Origin: an uncultured Anaerolineales bacterium
Lineage (GTDB): Bacteria; Chloroflexota; Anaerolineae; Anaerolineales; Villigracilaceae
Direction of reading: 5' to 3'
DNA length: 22,341 nt
Assembly: GCA_903829085.1 (NCBI GenBank)
Contig: CAIKOL010000300.1
Location: 1-22,341, forward strand
Below, one piece after another: positions 1 to 7,149 of this stretch. A program made the translations under genes and the position numbers. How positions within the stretch are numbered: the stretch's first letter is position 1; each line of letters begins with the position of its first letter. Under the pieces are notes generated by a model. That model searched no databases. It was not told where the DNA came from and saw only the letters and a program-made list of their open reading frames with translations.

Positions 1-3000
1 CCACGTCTTCCACGGTGGCGCCCTCAGGAAAATTGATCGTTTTGGATAGCGAATTGTCTACAAACGACTGGAGAGCAGCCTGCATATGGACATGTTCTTC
101 AGCAGAAATATCGCCTGCCACCACAAACACATTGCGCAGGGCTTCAGGGAGTTCAGGGATATCCTGGCAGGTGCCGTGCTGCATTACCCGTTCGATGATT
201 TCCTGGCGTGCTTCCCCGTTGATCCCGGCCTTTTCCAACGCCAGGTCAAAGCGCGGGCTGGCATAAGTAAGTTGCAGATCCTTGCCGTTGTCGTTGACAT
301 GGCGCACATACGCCAGGGCGAAGACCGGTTCACAACCGTACCCTTCGCAACCGGCGACCGTGGCGATCGTGCCAGTGGGAGCCACGGTGGTCTGGGCGGC
401 ATTGCGAATGCCATATTTCTGGATCCCTTCCCGGATCCCATCCCAATCCAGAACCGGCCGCCCCCATTGACCTGTGTACGGTTTCAGTGGTTGAGGCGGC
501 TGCCAGAGTAGTTTCTCAAAGTCGTAGATGCTGCCCTTGATGGCTGGGAAGGCCCCGCGCTCGCGTGCCAAATCCACACTAGTGTGCATGGCATGGAAAC
601 GAACGAACTCCATCACCTGCTCCCCGAACTCCTCTCCTTCCGGTGAGCCGTAGCGCACCCCTGCATGATACATCACATCTGCCAGTCCCATGATTCCCAA
701 CCCGATGCGGCGCGCCCTGTGGGCCGCCTCCTTCAGTTGAGGCACCGCCGGGACATATGCGTTGATATCAACGACATCATCCAGGAAGCGGGTGGCGGAT
801 TCAACACTTTGACGCAGGCCTTCCCAATCCACCTGTCCATCCGCTGCGCAGTGTTCGGCCAAGTTGACCGAACCCAGGCAACAGTTCTCGTAAGGCCCGA
901 GCCATTGTTCGCCGCAGCCCTTGGAAACAAACCCTTCGGTAATCCAGGTATCACTTTTCGGTTCATAAAGATCGTATACAGTTGCCCTTCCTGCCGGTTC
1001 GATGTTTACGACTTTTGCTGCCCAGTTTCCACCAGTAAAGTTCGTTTTGAGAGCAGCCTCTTCCATTCGCATTTGTTTCGCGGGATGGCTCAGGTGGATT
1101 TGTTCAAAGAATCTACCAAAACTTTCGCCTGATACTGTAACATCATGCTTGGGCCGGTCATAACGGATCGTGCGACCGTTAATATCATGGCGCGTGCGCT
1201 CACTTGTATTAATACGGGCGTAAATACCAAACATGAGCAGAGTGCGGCGTACTTGGCGTGCTAATTCAAAACTGGATGTGTGGAACCGGACTAAAGGATG
1301 GTTGCTCTGCAAATCGACGCTTCCATCCGTGGAAAAAAGGCCATCCAATAATCCTTCCAAGAATTCACGATTACTGTTTAAGTACACATCCGGAATTTGC
1401 TTTTCCGGACCTCGCGCAGGCACAAGCGGCAGGGATTTAACCCAGTTTGCTACCACGCGACCGGGTTTTGGATCCATCATCATGGAACGGCTGCCTTCAT
1501 TAACATAGGTAGACATCTTTTCTGCGCCAATTTTGGCAAACGCATTCATCAAAGTCTCGTTCCATTCATGTTCATCCGCATGGCTGCTGATGCGAACAAC
1601 ATTCTTGGAAAGTGCATGGGGGGTATAACAACCATCACCCACCAATACACCCACCAAAAACCCATATTCCCGGTCGTTGATATTATCCGATCGCCCGGGA
1701 ACTTCGTTGTCGGGGACAGCGGCCCGATAAACCCTGATCCAATCGCCTTCCTTGAGCTGGTCCAGTCGACGTTGCTCAAAGAATTTTGTCCGGGAATCGC
1801 GCGCATGGAACTGATGGGAGGCAGTTACACGCACAACCGCGCCATCAGATAGATGCAGGTCATAAACCGGCATGTTCTCATTCACTTCGACTGTTGCGAC
1901 CCGCCCCACCCCAAGGACCGTGCAGATCTCGTCACCCTCTTCTATGCTATCCGCTCGTTTCCAACCCAAAGGGGTGGCAACAAGCGTTTCACCTGTCACA
2001 CATGGATTCGTTGCCTCGAGCGGATACAGGTGTGGGACTGGGTTGCTGCGGTTGGCCGCATCCAGGAACAATAATCCCGGCTCTCCATTGTGGTGTGCCT
2101 GGCTGACAATTTTGGCAAATAGCTCGGCAGCCCGTACCGTTTTATAGGTGCGCAGCGGGATGCCCTTGGCTCTGGCCTGTTCCGGGGTGCCGCTGAAACC
2201 GCGGTATTCCGGTGCGGTTACATCCGGGAAGACCAGATCCCAGTCGGCGTTGTTCTTGACAGCCTGCATGAAGGCATCGGTGATGCCAACCGAAATATTG
2301 AAGTTGGTGATCTGGTTCTCATTGGTCTTGCAATTGACAAATTCTTCGATATCGGGATGATCCACGCGCAGGACACCCATGTTAGCACCACGGCGGGTAT
2401 TGTGCGTAACCAGACCGTTCGCCAGGTAGGTATGATTGCCTTCCACTTCAAGATCCAGAGTCAAGGCTTGGCCTTCGGGTTGGATATCCGATACCTGCAC
2501 GAACCATTTGTCGGCGGTGGAAACCGCGTGAGCGGCGAAGGCAGGATATGCCAAAGTAAGTTCGTCATAGGAGGAACGGGTCAGGTGGCGGTCCCCGCGC
2601 ATGTATCGTAGAAGACCACGCCGGAGGCGGGGCTCCTCGCTGTGGAATTTAAGACCGAGGCCACGACCTTGTTGATCACCCTGTTCAAGCGTGATCGCCT
2701 CCAGGACAGGTTTAAGCCAATAGCGGGCATTCGGCAGAATAAAACTTTGCTCGCGCCCGAGGTCGCTCTCCCAGGTCATACACGCCATAAAGCGCGAACG
2801 CGGATCACAGCCGATCTGCTTCCGCCATGCCTGTAGACCTGCATTGCTGTGAATGCGTATGTGGAAAGCATCATTCTTCCCATAATGGGAGGAACCTGGA
2901 GTAACCTTCCAAATCCGCACCGGGCAGCCCAGCCCGATGAGAAGAGTCGAGACTTCATCCACCAGATGAGAAGAGGTTGTCGTAAGGTCAGGATATCCAT

Positions 3001-4297
3001 ACGATACCGTGCCATCCGCTTCGAACAAACCGCGCAAAAATGCACCGACAATATTGGCAGGAGACTGACGGATAAGTCTCGGTACCGAAGCGCTGATACT
3101 TCGGTTTTTCAGTAACCCATTTAATTGCAGGAAATCCTTGACGGCACGATTGTCCATCACCAGCATGACGGAACGATCATTTTGTTTTTGCTGGGAGTGA
3201 ACGGTAACGCCAAATAACCTTTCCATGAGGGCAGGCATGTCTTCCATCAAGTAGGACTCATGGCTAACACTGACACCCACTCTATGGTCATCATCCCCAG
3301 CAGCAACAAATCCATCCCCGATCAGATAACCGATAAAAAAGGCAAGTTCCTCATCCAGGATGGGAGGCAGAAGCGGCCAATTTTGATTACCATGAGACTG
3401 CTCAGGGTGACGGAGAGCGCGTAGTTTTCCCTGGTGTTGACCCAATTGAACGAGCAACCAATCCCCAGGGTGCAGATCGCTCAATGCTCGCCAGACCGGG
3501 CCTTCGTCGCTCATCACTTTGACTTTGTGTTCAGGGGTTCCTGCCAGGCTCAATCCTTGCCGGGTGTGGACGCGCAGGATGTCCGCTATTCCATTATTAA
3601 AAGTACTCGGCGAAAGGCGCATGCCTTCATCCGTGGCTATTTGCAAAGAGTTCGCCTGCCAACCCGGCTGATCCACATCAACCAGTTCATCCAAACGGAG
3701 TAAACCATTTTCGGTGAAGACCAGGGTTTCGGGCAGAAGACAGCCTCCCTGAGCCACCTCGCCGAAGGCATGGTCATAAACTCGCAAGAACCCCACGGGA
3801 CCGGTTGCCTGCCCCGCGGATGATTTGACAAGCGCCCCCTTTGGCCGCAGACGAGAAAATGAGAAGCCGTTCCCGCCGCCGGTTTGTTGGATTAATGCCG
3901 CATCCCGCAGGGATTGGAAGATGCCTGCCGGGTCGCGGCCCATATCATCAGAGATCGGGATTACAAAACATGCAGCCAGCTGTCCCAGCGGCGTACCCGC
4001 ACCAGTAAAAGTGGGAGAATTGGGAAAGAATTTCCTGGAAGTCAACAAAACATAAAACTCGCGGGCGCGAGCCAGTACGTCGCCAAAATAAGCTTCCTCA
4101 GCTTTGGCGATATGCCAGGCCACCCGCCAGAACATCTCCTCAACGGTTTCGGCCGGATTCCCATCATCGTCCCGGCGGACATACCGACGCACCAACACCT
4201 GGCGGGCATTCTCGGTCAATTCCACACCAGGGAGGTCGCTTGGGACCGGAGGGGTGGACAGTATTTTCTTGTTTAAGACGGTTGTCGTCGCAGCCAT
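1..4297 (-). CDS. nrdJ: Class II (adenosylcobalamin-dependent) ribonucleotide reductase NrdJ. The 3' end is cut by the window edge and the frame is interrupted by two inteins.
   Basis: Hand translation from ATG 4297..4295 (GGAG 9 nt upstream) stays open for 1,432 codons down to position 2. It is absent from the ORF track because no stop lies in the window. Extein motifs: [132 protein letters not shown]. It lies directly downstream of nrdR. Confidence 0.93.
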   Translation of the reverse strand, partial: MAATTTVLNKKILSTPPVPSDLPGVELTENARQVLVRRYVRRDDDGNPAETVEEMFWRVAWHIAKAEEAYFGDVLARAREFYVLLTSRKFFPNSPTFTGAGTPLGQLAACFVIPISDDMGRDPAGIFQSLRDAALIQQTGGGNGFSFSRLRPKGALVKSSAGQATGPVGFLRVYDHAFGEVAQGGCLLPETLVFTENGLLRLDELVDVDQPGWQANSLQIATDEGMRLSPSTFNNGIADILRVHTRQGLSLAGTPEHKVKVMSDEGPVWRALSDLHPGDWLLVQLGQHQGKLRALRHPEQSHGNQNWPLLPPILDEELAFFIGYLIGDGFVAAGDDDHRVGVSVSHESYLMEDMPALMERLFGVTVHSQQKQNDRSVMLVMDNRAVKDFLQLNGLLKNRSISASVPRLIRQSPANIVGAFLRGLFEADGTVSYGYPDLTTTSSHLVDEVSTLLIGLGCPVRIWKVTPGSSHYGKNDAFHIRIHSNAGLQAWRKQIGCDPRSRFMACMTWESDLGREQSFILPNARYWLKPVLEAITLEQGDQQGRGLGLKFHSEEPRLRRGLLRYMRGDRHLTRSSYDELTLAYPAFAAHAVSTADKWFVQVSDIQPEGQALTLDLEVEGNHTYLANGLVTHNTRRGANMGVLRVDHPDIEEFVNCKTNENQITNFNISVGITDAFMQAVKNNADWDLVFPDVTAPEYRGFSGTPEQARAKGIPLRTYKTVRAAELFAKIVSQAHHNGEPGLLFLDAANRSNPVPHLYPLEATNPCVTGETLVATPLGWKRADSIEEGDEICTVLGVGRVATVEVNENMPVYDLHLSDGAVVRVTASHQFHARDSRTKFFEQRRLDQLKEGDWIRVYRAAVPDNEVPGRSDNINDREYGFLVGVLVGDGCYTPHALSKNVVRISSHADEHEWNETLMNAFAKIGAEKMSTYVNEGSRSMMMDPKPGRVVANWVKSLPLVPARGPEKQIPDVYLNSNREFLEGLLDGLFSTDGSVDLQSNHPLVRFHTSSFELARQVRRTLLMFGIYARINTSERTRHDINGRTIRYDRPKHDVTVSGESFGRFFEQIHLSHPAKQMRMEEAALKTNFTGGNWAAKVVNIEPAGRATVYDLYEPKSDTWITEGFVSKGCGEQWLGPYENCCLGSVNLAEHCAADGQVDWEGLRQSVESATRFLDDVVDINAYVPAVPQLKEAAHRARRIGLGIMGLADVMYHAGVRYGSPEGEEFGEQVMEFVRFHAMHTSVDLARERGAFPAIKGSIYDFEKLLWQPPQPLKPYTGQWGRPVLDWDGIREGIQKYGIRNAAQTTVAPTGTIATVAGCEGYGCEPVFALAYVRHVNDNGKDLQLTYASPRFDLALEKAGINGEARQEIIERVMQHGTCQDIPELPEALRNVFVVAGDISAEEHVHMQAALQSFVDNSLSKTINFPEGATVEDV
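917..2002 (-). mobile_element. Intein 2 of NrdJ (362 aa), Hint plus LAGLIDADG domains, with a non-canonical C-terminal Lys-Gly junction
   Basis: It is inserted between ...YPLEATNP and [12 protein letters not shown]. It starts [14 protein letters not shown] (Cys1 codon 2002..2000) and has block B VTASHQF (TxxH). LAGLIDADG motifs are [14 protein letters not shown] and [16 protein letters not shown]. It ends [23 protein letters not shown] (Gly codon 919..917), followed by Cys+1 at 916..914. Sampled intein lines have lower GC than extein lines (line 1321-1380 about 38 percent, line 301-360 about 67 percent). Confidence 0.8.
2399..3742 (-). mobile_element. Intein 1 of NrdJ (448 aa), canonical Hint domain plus LAGLIDADG homing-endonuclease domain
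   Basis: It is inserted between ...FGEVAQGG and TRRGANMG. It starts [13 protein letters not shown] (Cys1 codon 3742..3740) and has a block B-like GTPEHKV (TxxH). Two LAGLIDADG motifs are present: [14 protein letters not shown] and [16 protein letters not shown]. It ends [20 protein letters not shown] (Asn codon 2401..2399), followed by Thr+1. Confidence 0.9.
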
Positions 4298-4361
4298 ACC
4301 AGAATACTCCTCTGTATTTATAAATATTTCTTTCAATAAAAAGATGTGCAGAAAAGGAAAC

Positions 4362-4400
4362 GCACCGACACTCCACCCCAGGCACGGGGAGTATCGGTGC
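4362..4400 (-). terminator. Hairpin between nrdR and nrdJ, a possible partial terminator or attenuator
   Basis: Arm GCACCGACACTCC (4362..4374) pairs with GGAGTATCGGTGC (4388..4400), 13 bp with one mismatch. On the minus strand it is followed by the T-rich GTTTCCTTTTCTGC. It lies 11 nt after the nrdR stop codon. Confidence 0.4.
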
Positions 4401-4410
4401 AAGCTGATAT

Positions 4411-4863
4411 TTATGCTTCTAACAAAAGGCGGTCAATCTCGTTACGCAGAGCGTGCAAATCATCCAGCCGCAGGTAGACGATGGCATAGCGGATGTAGGC
4501 GATCTGGTCCAGTTCCTTCAATCCCTTGATGACCAGGTCGCCAACAATACGCGACGAAATCTCAGATTTGCCCTGGCGCTGAAGAGCCGCTTCCACCTGC
4601 CCCAACAACCGCTCAATATCCGCGGCGGAAACCGGGCGTTTGGCACAGGCGATGCGGATACCGCGTTCCAATTTCCCCCGTTCAAACTCTTCGCGGGTCC
4701 CATCCTGCTTGACGATCAAAGGAGTTGCCAGGATCGGACGTTCATAACTGCTGAATCTTTGTCCACATTTCAGGCATTCCCGCCGGCGGCGTATGCCTCC
4801 GTGACTGTCGTGGGTGGTATCGATTACTTTCGAGTCGTCGTTCTGGCAGTATGGACAACGCAT
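4411..4863 (-). CDS. nrdR: Transcriptional repressor NrdR (zinc ribbon plus ATP-cone)
   Basis: MRCPYCQNDDSKVIDT...ECLKCGQRFSSYE gives CxxC...CxxC, followed by ATP-cone-like sequence. The track ORF begins at GTG 4872. ATG 4863 gives the canonical MRCPYC N-terminus and has GGAG 8 nt upstream. Confidence 0.93.
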   Translation of the reverse strand: MRCPYCQNDDSKVIDTTHDSHGGIRRRRECLKCGQRFSSYERPILATPLIVKQDGTREEFERGKLERGIRIACAKRPVSAADIERLLGQVEAALQRQGKSEISSRIVGDLVIKGLKELDQIAYIRYAIVYLRLDDLHALRNEIDRLLLEA

Positions 4864-4897
4864 GAATAGCACTCCGTGAAATTTAGAACAAATGTAG

Positions 4898-4913
4898 CCG
4901 CCATATTTGGTGG
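4898..4913. promoter_or_regulatory. Candidate NrdR box 1
   Basis: CCGCCATATTTGGTGG matches most positions of the published NrdR-box consensus acaCwAtATaTwGtgt, including C4, A6, the central tAT, T11 and G13. It lies 35 nt upstream of the nrdR ATG. Confidence 0.55.
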
Positions 4914-4928
4914 TTTGTTCAATAAAAT

Positions 4929-4944
4929 CCCCTGTATATGGGGT
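4929..4944. promoter_or_regulatory. Candidate NrdR box 2
   Basis: CCCCTGTATATGGGGT matches the NrdR-box consensus core (C4, tATaT, G13). Its centre is 31 bp from the centre of box 1, about three helical turns, as expected for tandem NrdR boxes. Confidence 0.55.
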
Positions 4945-4951
4945 AACAATA

Positions 4952-4980
4952 CTATTATTCTAACATGGTTGTCAGGTCAA
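4952..4980 (-). promoter_or_regulatory. Candidate sigma70-type promoter for nrdR-nrdJ
   Basis: On the minus strand, TTGACC (4980..4975), a 17-nt spacer and TAATAG (4957..4952). This would place both NrdR boxes just downstream of the transcription start. The -10 element is weak. Confidence 0.25.
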
Positions 4981-5172
4981 AACAAGAGGACATACGGGTG
5001 ATTTACCTTAAAATTTCCCATGCATTAAGGATCGTTTGGGATATGGAAAGTCTCTCCGGTCAAACGAACCTTTTGGAATTCCCAGGACAGGCGGAATGAG
5101 ATCCCCATCGCCCTAAGTTCCCTTGAGAAATCGTTAAATAGCGTTTGATTCCTTGGATTAAGTCCGTTGCAG

Positions 5173-5178
5173 TATAAT
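5173..5178 (+). promoter_or_regulatory. Candidate -10 element for the membrane-protein gene pair
   Basis: A perfect TATAAT lies 35 nt upstream of ATG 5213. I found no convincing -35 element at 16-18 bp spacing. Confidence 0.3.
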
Positions 5179-5212
5179 TACCTTGATCACCCATTCCGTT
5201 CAAGGAGTCGGT

Positions 5213-5620
5213 ATGAATACTGTCATTGTATTGGTCATTATTCTGATTCCCGCCCTCCTGGTTGCCCTCCTGATCACACGTATGAACCGCAGCCAGTGGC
5301 GCCGCGTACAGGAAATGAAGGGGAAAGATACGGAATTGGAGGGCGGCTTCCTCCAGGCGATCGCAGCAGGAGCGATTGTGATCAGTAAGAGCGAGACCAT
5401 TGTCCCCAACGCGGGCGGGTATGCCAAAGTTGACCTACAGGTGGAAGTGCAACTATCCGGTAAAGCGCCTTACCAGGTGTCCACCTGTTGGCTGGTGGAG
5501 CTGGATTCGTTGAACCAGGTGCTGCCTGGTAAGAATGTGCCGGTTAAAGTGAATCCAAAAAAACCGCTCAAGGTTTTCCCAAATGTCCCCTGGGCAAAAC
5601 TCTGGGTTTTTGGGAATTAA
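5213..5620 (+). CDS. Small membrane-anchored protein of unknown function: one N-terminal TM helix plus a beta-rich domain with a DUF3592-like pattern
   Basis: AAGGAG lies 5 nt upstream of ATG 5213. The track ORF starts at the in-frame TTG 5183, which has no SD. The N-terminus is MNTVIVLVIILIPALLVALLI. The C-terminal ...LPGKNVPVKVNPKKP resembles the 'G..V.V.Y.P..P' signature of DUF3592, judged by eye only. Confidence 0.65.
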   Translation: MNTVIVLVIILIPALLVALLITRMNRSQWRRVQEMKGKDTELEGGFLQAIAAGAIVISKSETIVPNAGGYAKVDLQVEVQLSGKAPYQVSTCWLVELDSLNQVLPGKNVPVKVNPKKPLKVFPNVPWAKLWVFGN

Positions 5621-5623
5621 TCC

Positions 5624-6133
5624 ATGCCAATTGTCGAGTTCCAAACCCAACCAGGCGAAAGCATTTTGTTTCGCACCTCCCCCAACCGTAAATGGTATGT
5701 CATTGCCTGGAAGATCGGCAGCGGTATGGTGGGCATTACCATTTTGACATTTATCATCTACTCACTGCTCGCAAACCCAACCGAGGCTGCTTTCAATTCC
5801 TTTCTGCCAGCCTGGGTAGCCAGTTTGCTGACAAATGCGCTCTACCTGGGACTGGTTCCCCTGGCAGCCACCGCCTGGGTGGTAGAAGATGTGGTCTGTG
5901 CATTTATCGGCCAGATCATTTTGACTGACCAGCGCGTCTGGGTGCGCGGTTCTCCTTATGCGTGGACATTAGGTGAAACAACCCTTGATGACATTGTTTC
6001 GCTGACATGGCGGCGGGATGCCATTTTTATCAGGCAAAAGTCCACACGCAAGATCCAGGTTCATATGTTTCCAGAGGGTAAGTTATTCGTGAAGGCGTAC
6101 GAGCAATTCTTTGGAAAGACAAAAGAGAATTGA
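5624..6133 (+). CDS. Two-TM membrane protein with a possible C-terminal bacterial PH-like (YdbS/bPH_2-like) domain
   Basis: Its ATG lies 3 nt after the upstream stop, suggesting translational coupling. Hydrophobic segments are SGMVGITILTFIIYSLLA and PAWVASLLTNALYLGLVPLAATAWVV. The following ILTDQRVWVRG...IVSLTWRRDAIFIRQKSTRKIQVHMFPEG is consistent with a bPH fold. This is pattern recognition only. Confidence 0.6.
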   Translation: MPIVEFQTQPGESILFRTSPNRKWYVIAWKIGSGMVGITILTFIIYSLLANPTEAAFNSFLPAWVASLLTNALYLGLVPLAATAWVVEDVVCAFIGQIILTDQRVWVRGSPYAWTLGETTLDDIVSLTWRRDAIFIRQKSTRKIQVHMFPEGKLFVKAYEQFFGKTKEN

Positions 6134-6152
6134 TTTACGAATATCTCCTATG

Positions 6153-6186
6153 CTCCCGTTAAAAAACAGATGGGAGTCTTTTTTTC
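6153..6186 (+). terminator. Weak candidate terminator after the membrane-protein pair
   Basis: CTCCC (6153..6157) pairs with GGGAG (6172..6176), followed by TCTTTTTTT. The stem is only 5 bp and the loop is 14 nt. Confidence 0.3.
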
Positions 6187-6312
6187 ATTCCTGACTGTCT
6201 TGAAAATATCTACCCCCGAATGGTCAAAACCGAATTTCCTGAAGTTATATGGTGGGACTGATTTTCCAGGTGGTATTCAATCGCAATCTCCATTTGTGTC
6301 TTTGAGTTTTCT

Positions 6313-6732
6313 TCACTCCCATGGATTAATCACCTGTACTCCACATGGGATAAAGTCGGTTACATTTCGAGTGGCAATTATGAGGTTGTTTTTAAGAGCG
6401 GTTGCAACGATAAAGGAATCCATCACCGCCATTGGTTGCCCTGTTCTTTCCATGCGTGCGGCTAAAGAACCCCACATTAACATCGCAGACATATCTAAAG
6501 GAATAACACGTTGCTCAAAACGCTTGGCCAGCCCATTGTTCATCCAGACCAGTAGTTCGGTCTTGCGATGAGATTCTGGCAGGCGTTCAATACCATGCTG
6601 GATTTCGCCAATCGTGATAACGCTGATGAAAAGCTTCTCTTCATCGATGCTCTCCATCCACCGAATAACTTTCTCCTCCGGTTGGCGGCGAGTGAATTCG
6701 GAGAGTATACAAGTGTCCAGAAGATAGTTCAT
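6313..6732 (-). CDS. vapC: Type II toxin VapC (PIN-domain ribonuclease)
   Basis: MNYLLDTCILSEF..., with acidic and polar PIN residues in the usual order: D6, E in IGEIQ, D in VMDSFIVATA, and ATRNVTDF. Its ATG overlaps the antitoxin stop (ATGA). GC is low (line 6361-6420 about 38 percent). Confidence 0.9.
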   Translation of the reverse strand: MNYLLDTCILSEFTRRQPEEKVIRWMESIDEEKLFISVITIGEIQHGIERLPESHRKTELLVWMNNGLAKRFEQRVIPLDMSAMLMWGSLAARMERTGQPMAVMDSFIVATALKNNLIIATRNVTDFIPCGVQVINPWE

Positions 6733-6986
6733 GGCTCTATCTCAATGGTACGAGGCAGGCTCTTATCGCGTTCGATTGTTAATTCCGAACCAGATAGAGG
6801 GGAAGCCAAAAGAAATTGCGCGAGACTGCCAGTCTGGTGGTTCAGGCGTTCATATTCTTCAAAGGGCATCACAACCACAGTCCTCTTTCCCCGTCGAGTG
6901 ACAATTTGCACACCTTGTGCGAGCGCACGATCGACCACTTCGCTGAATTTACTTTTCGCATCCTGAAGTTGCCATATGTTGTTCAT
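6729..6986 (-). CDS. Phd/YefM-family antitoxin paired with VapC
   Basis: MNNIWQLQDAKSKFSEVVDRALAQGVQIVTRRGKRTVVVMPFEEYERL is a typical Phd/YefM N-terminal domain. AGGAGG lies 6 nt upstream of ATG 6986. The longer track ORF (start 7055) would begin inside the predicted promoter. Confidence 0.85.
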   Translation of the reverse strand: MNNIWQLQDAKSKFSEVVDRALAQGVQIVTRRGKRTVVVMPFEEYERLNHQTGSLAQFLLASPLSGSELTIERDKSLPRTIEIEP

Positions 6987-7003
6987 CAGTTGCCTCCTTT
7001 TTA

Positions 7004-7020
7004 GACTAGTCTGACTAGTC
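7004..7020. promoter_or_regulatory. Tandem palindromic operator candidate (GACTAGTC x2) of the TA operon
   Basis: GACTAGTC occurs at 7004..7011 and 7013..7020. Each copy is self-complementary and they are separated by 1 nt. The pair lies between the predicted -10 and the SD of the antitoxin gene. Confidence 0.5.
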
Positions 7021-7026
7021 GTTTTG

Positions 7027-7055
7027 ATTATACAGCACAATGGATTATTAGCCAA
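7027..7055 (-). promoter_or_regulatory. Sigma70-type promoter of the antitoxin-vapC operon
   Basis: On the minus strand, TTGGCT (7055..7050), a 17-nt spacer and a perfect TATAAT (7032..7027), about 41 nt upstream of ATG 6986. Confidence 0.6.
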
Positions 7056-7097
7056 GGGTTATATTCCTTGAGAACAGTAATTGCCATTCAAGTTCCT

Positions 7098-7132
7098 AAA
7101 AGGCTCCCGTCATTTTCGACGGGAGCCTTTTT
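7098..7132. terminator. Strong intrinsic terminator (bidirectional architecture) downstream of the MazG-family gene
   Basis: The 10-bp GC-rich stem GGCTCCCGTC (7102..7111) / GACGGGAGCC (7118..7127) has a 6-nt loop. It is flanked by AAAA on the left and TTTTT on the right. Confidence 0.8.
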
Positions 7133-7149
7133 CTTTGCGCATTTGATGG

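Noticed and set aside
15-4276. Many short ORFs of 60-155 aa on both strands across 1..4300 in the track.
   Set aside because: They are all out of frame with, or antisense to, the continuous nrdJ-plus-inteins reading frame, which explains the region fully.
4315-4326. The palindrome TATTTATAAATA considered as a third NrdR box.
   Set aside because: It lacks the conserved C4 and G13 positions of the NrdR-box consensus. It is kept only as an unexplained palindrome in the hairpin finding.
5043-5099. An 18-codon sORF (MESLSGQTNLLEFPGQAE) in the nrdR / membrane-gene intergenic region. I also looked for a riboswitch or sRNA in 4981..5170.
   Set aside because: It has no convincing SD, and I found no strong conserved-looking secondary structure by eye. 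This cannot be supported without comparative data.
6170-6571. A 133-aa plus-strand ORF downstream of the membrane-protein pair.
   Set aside because: It is mostly antisense to vapC, has no SD and no recognisable motifs. The vapC frame is far better supported.
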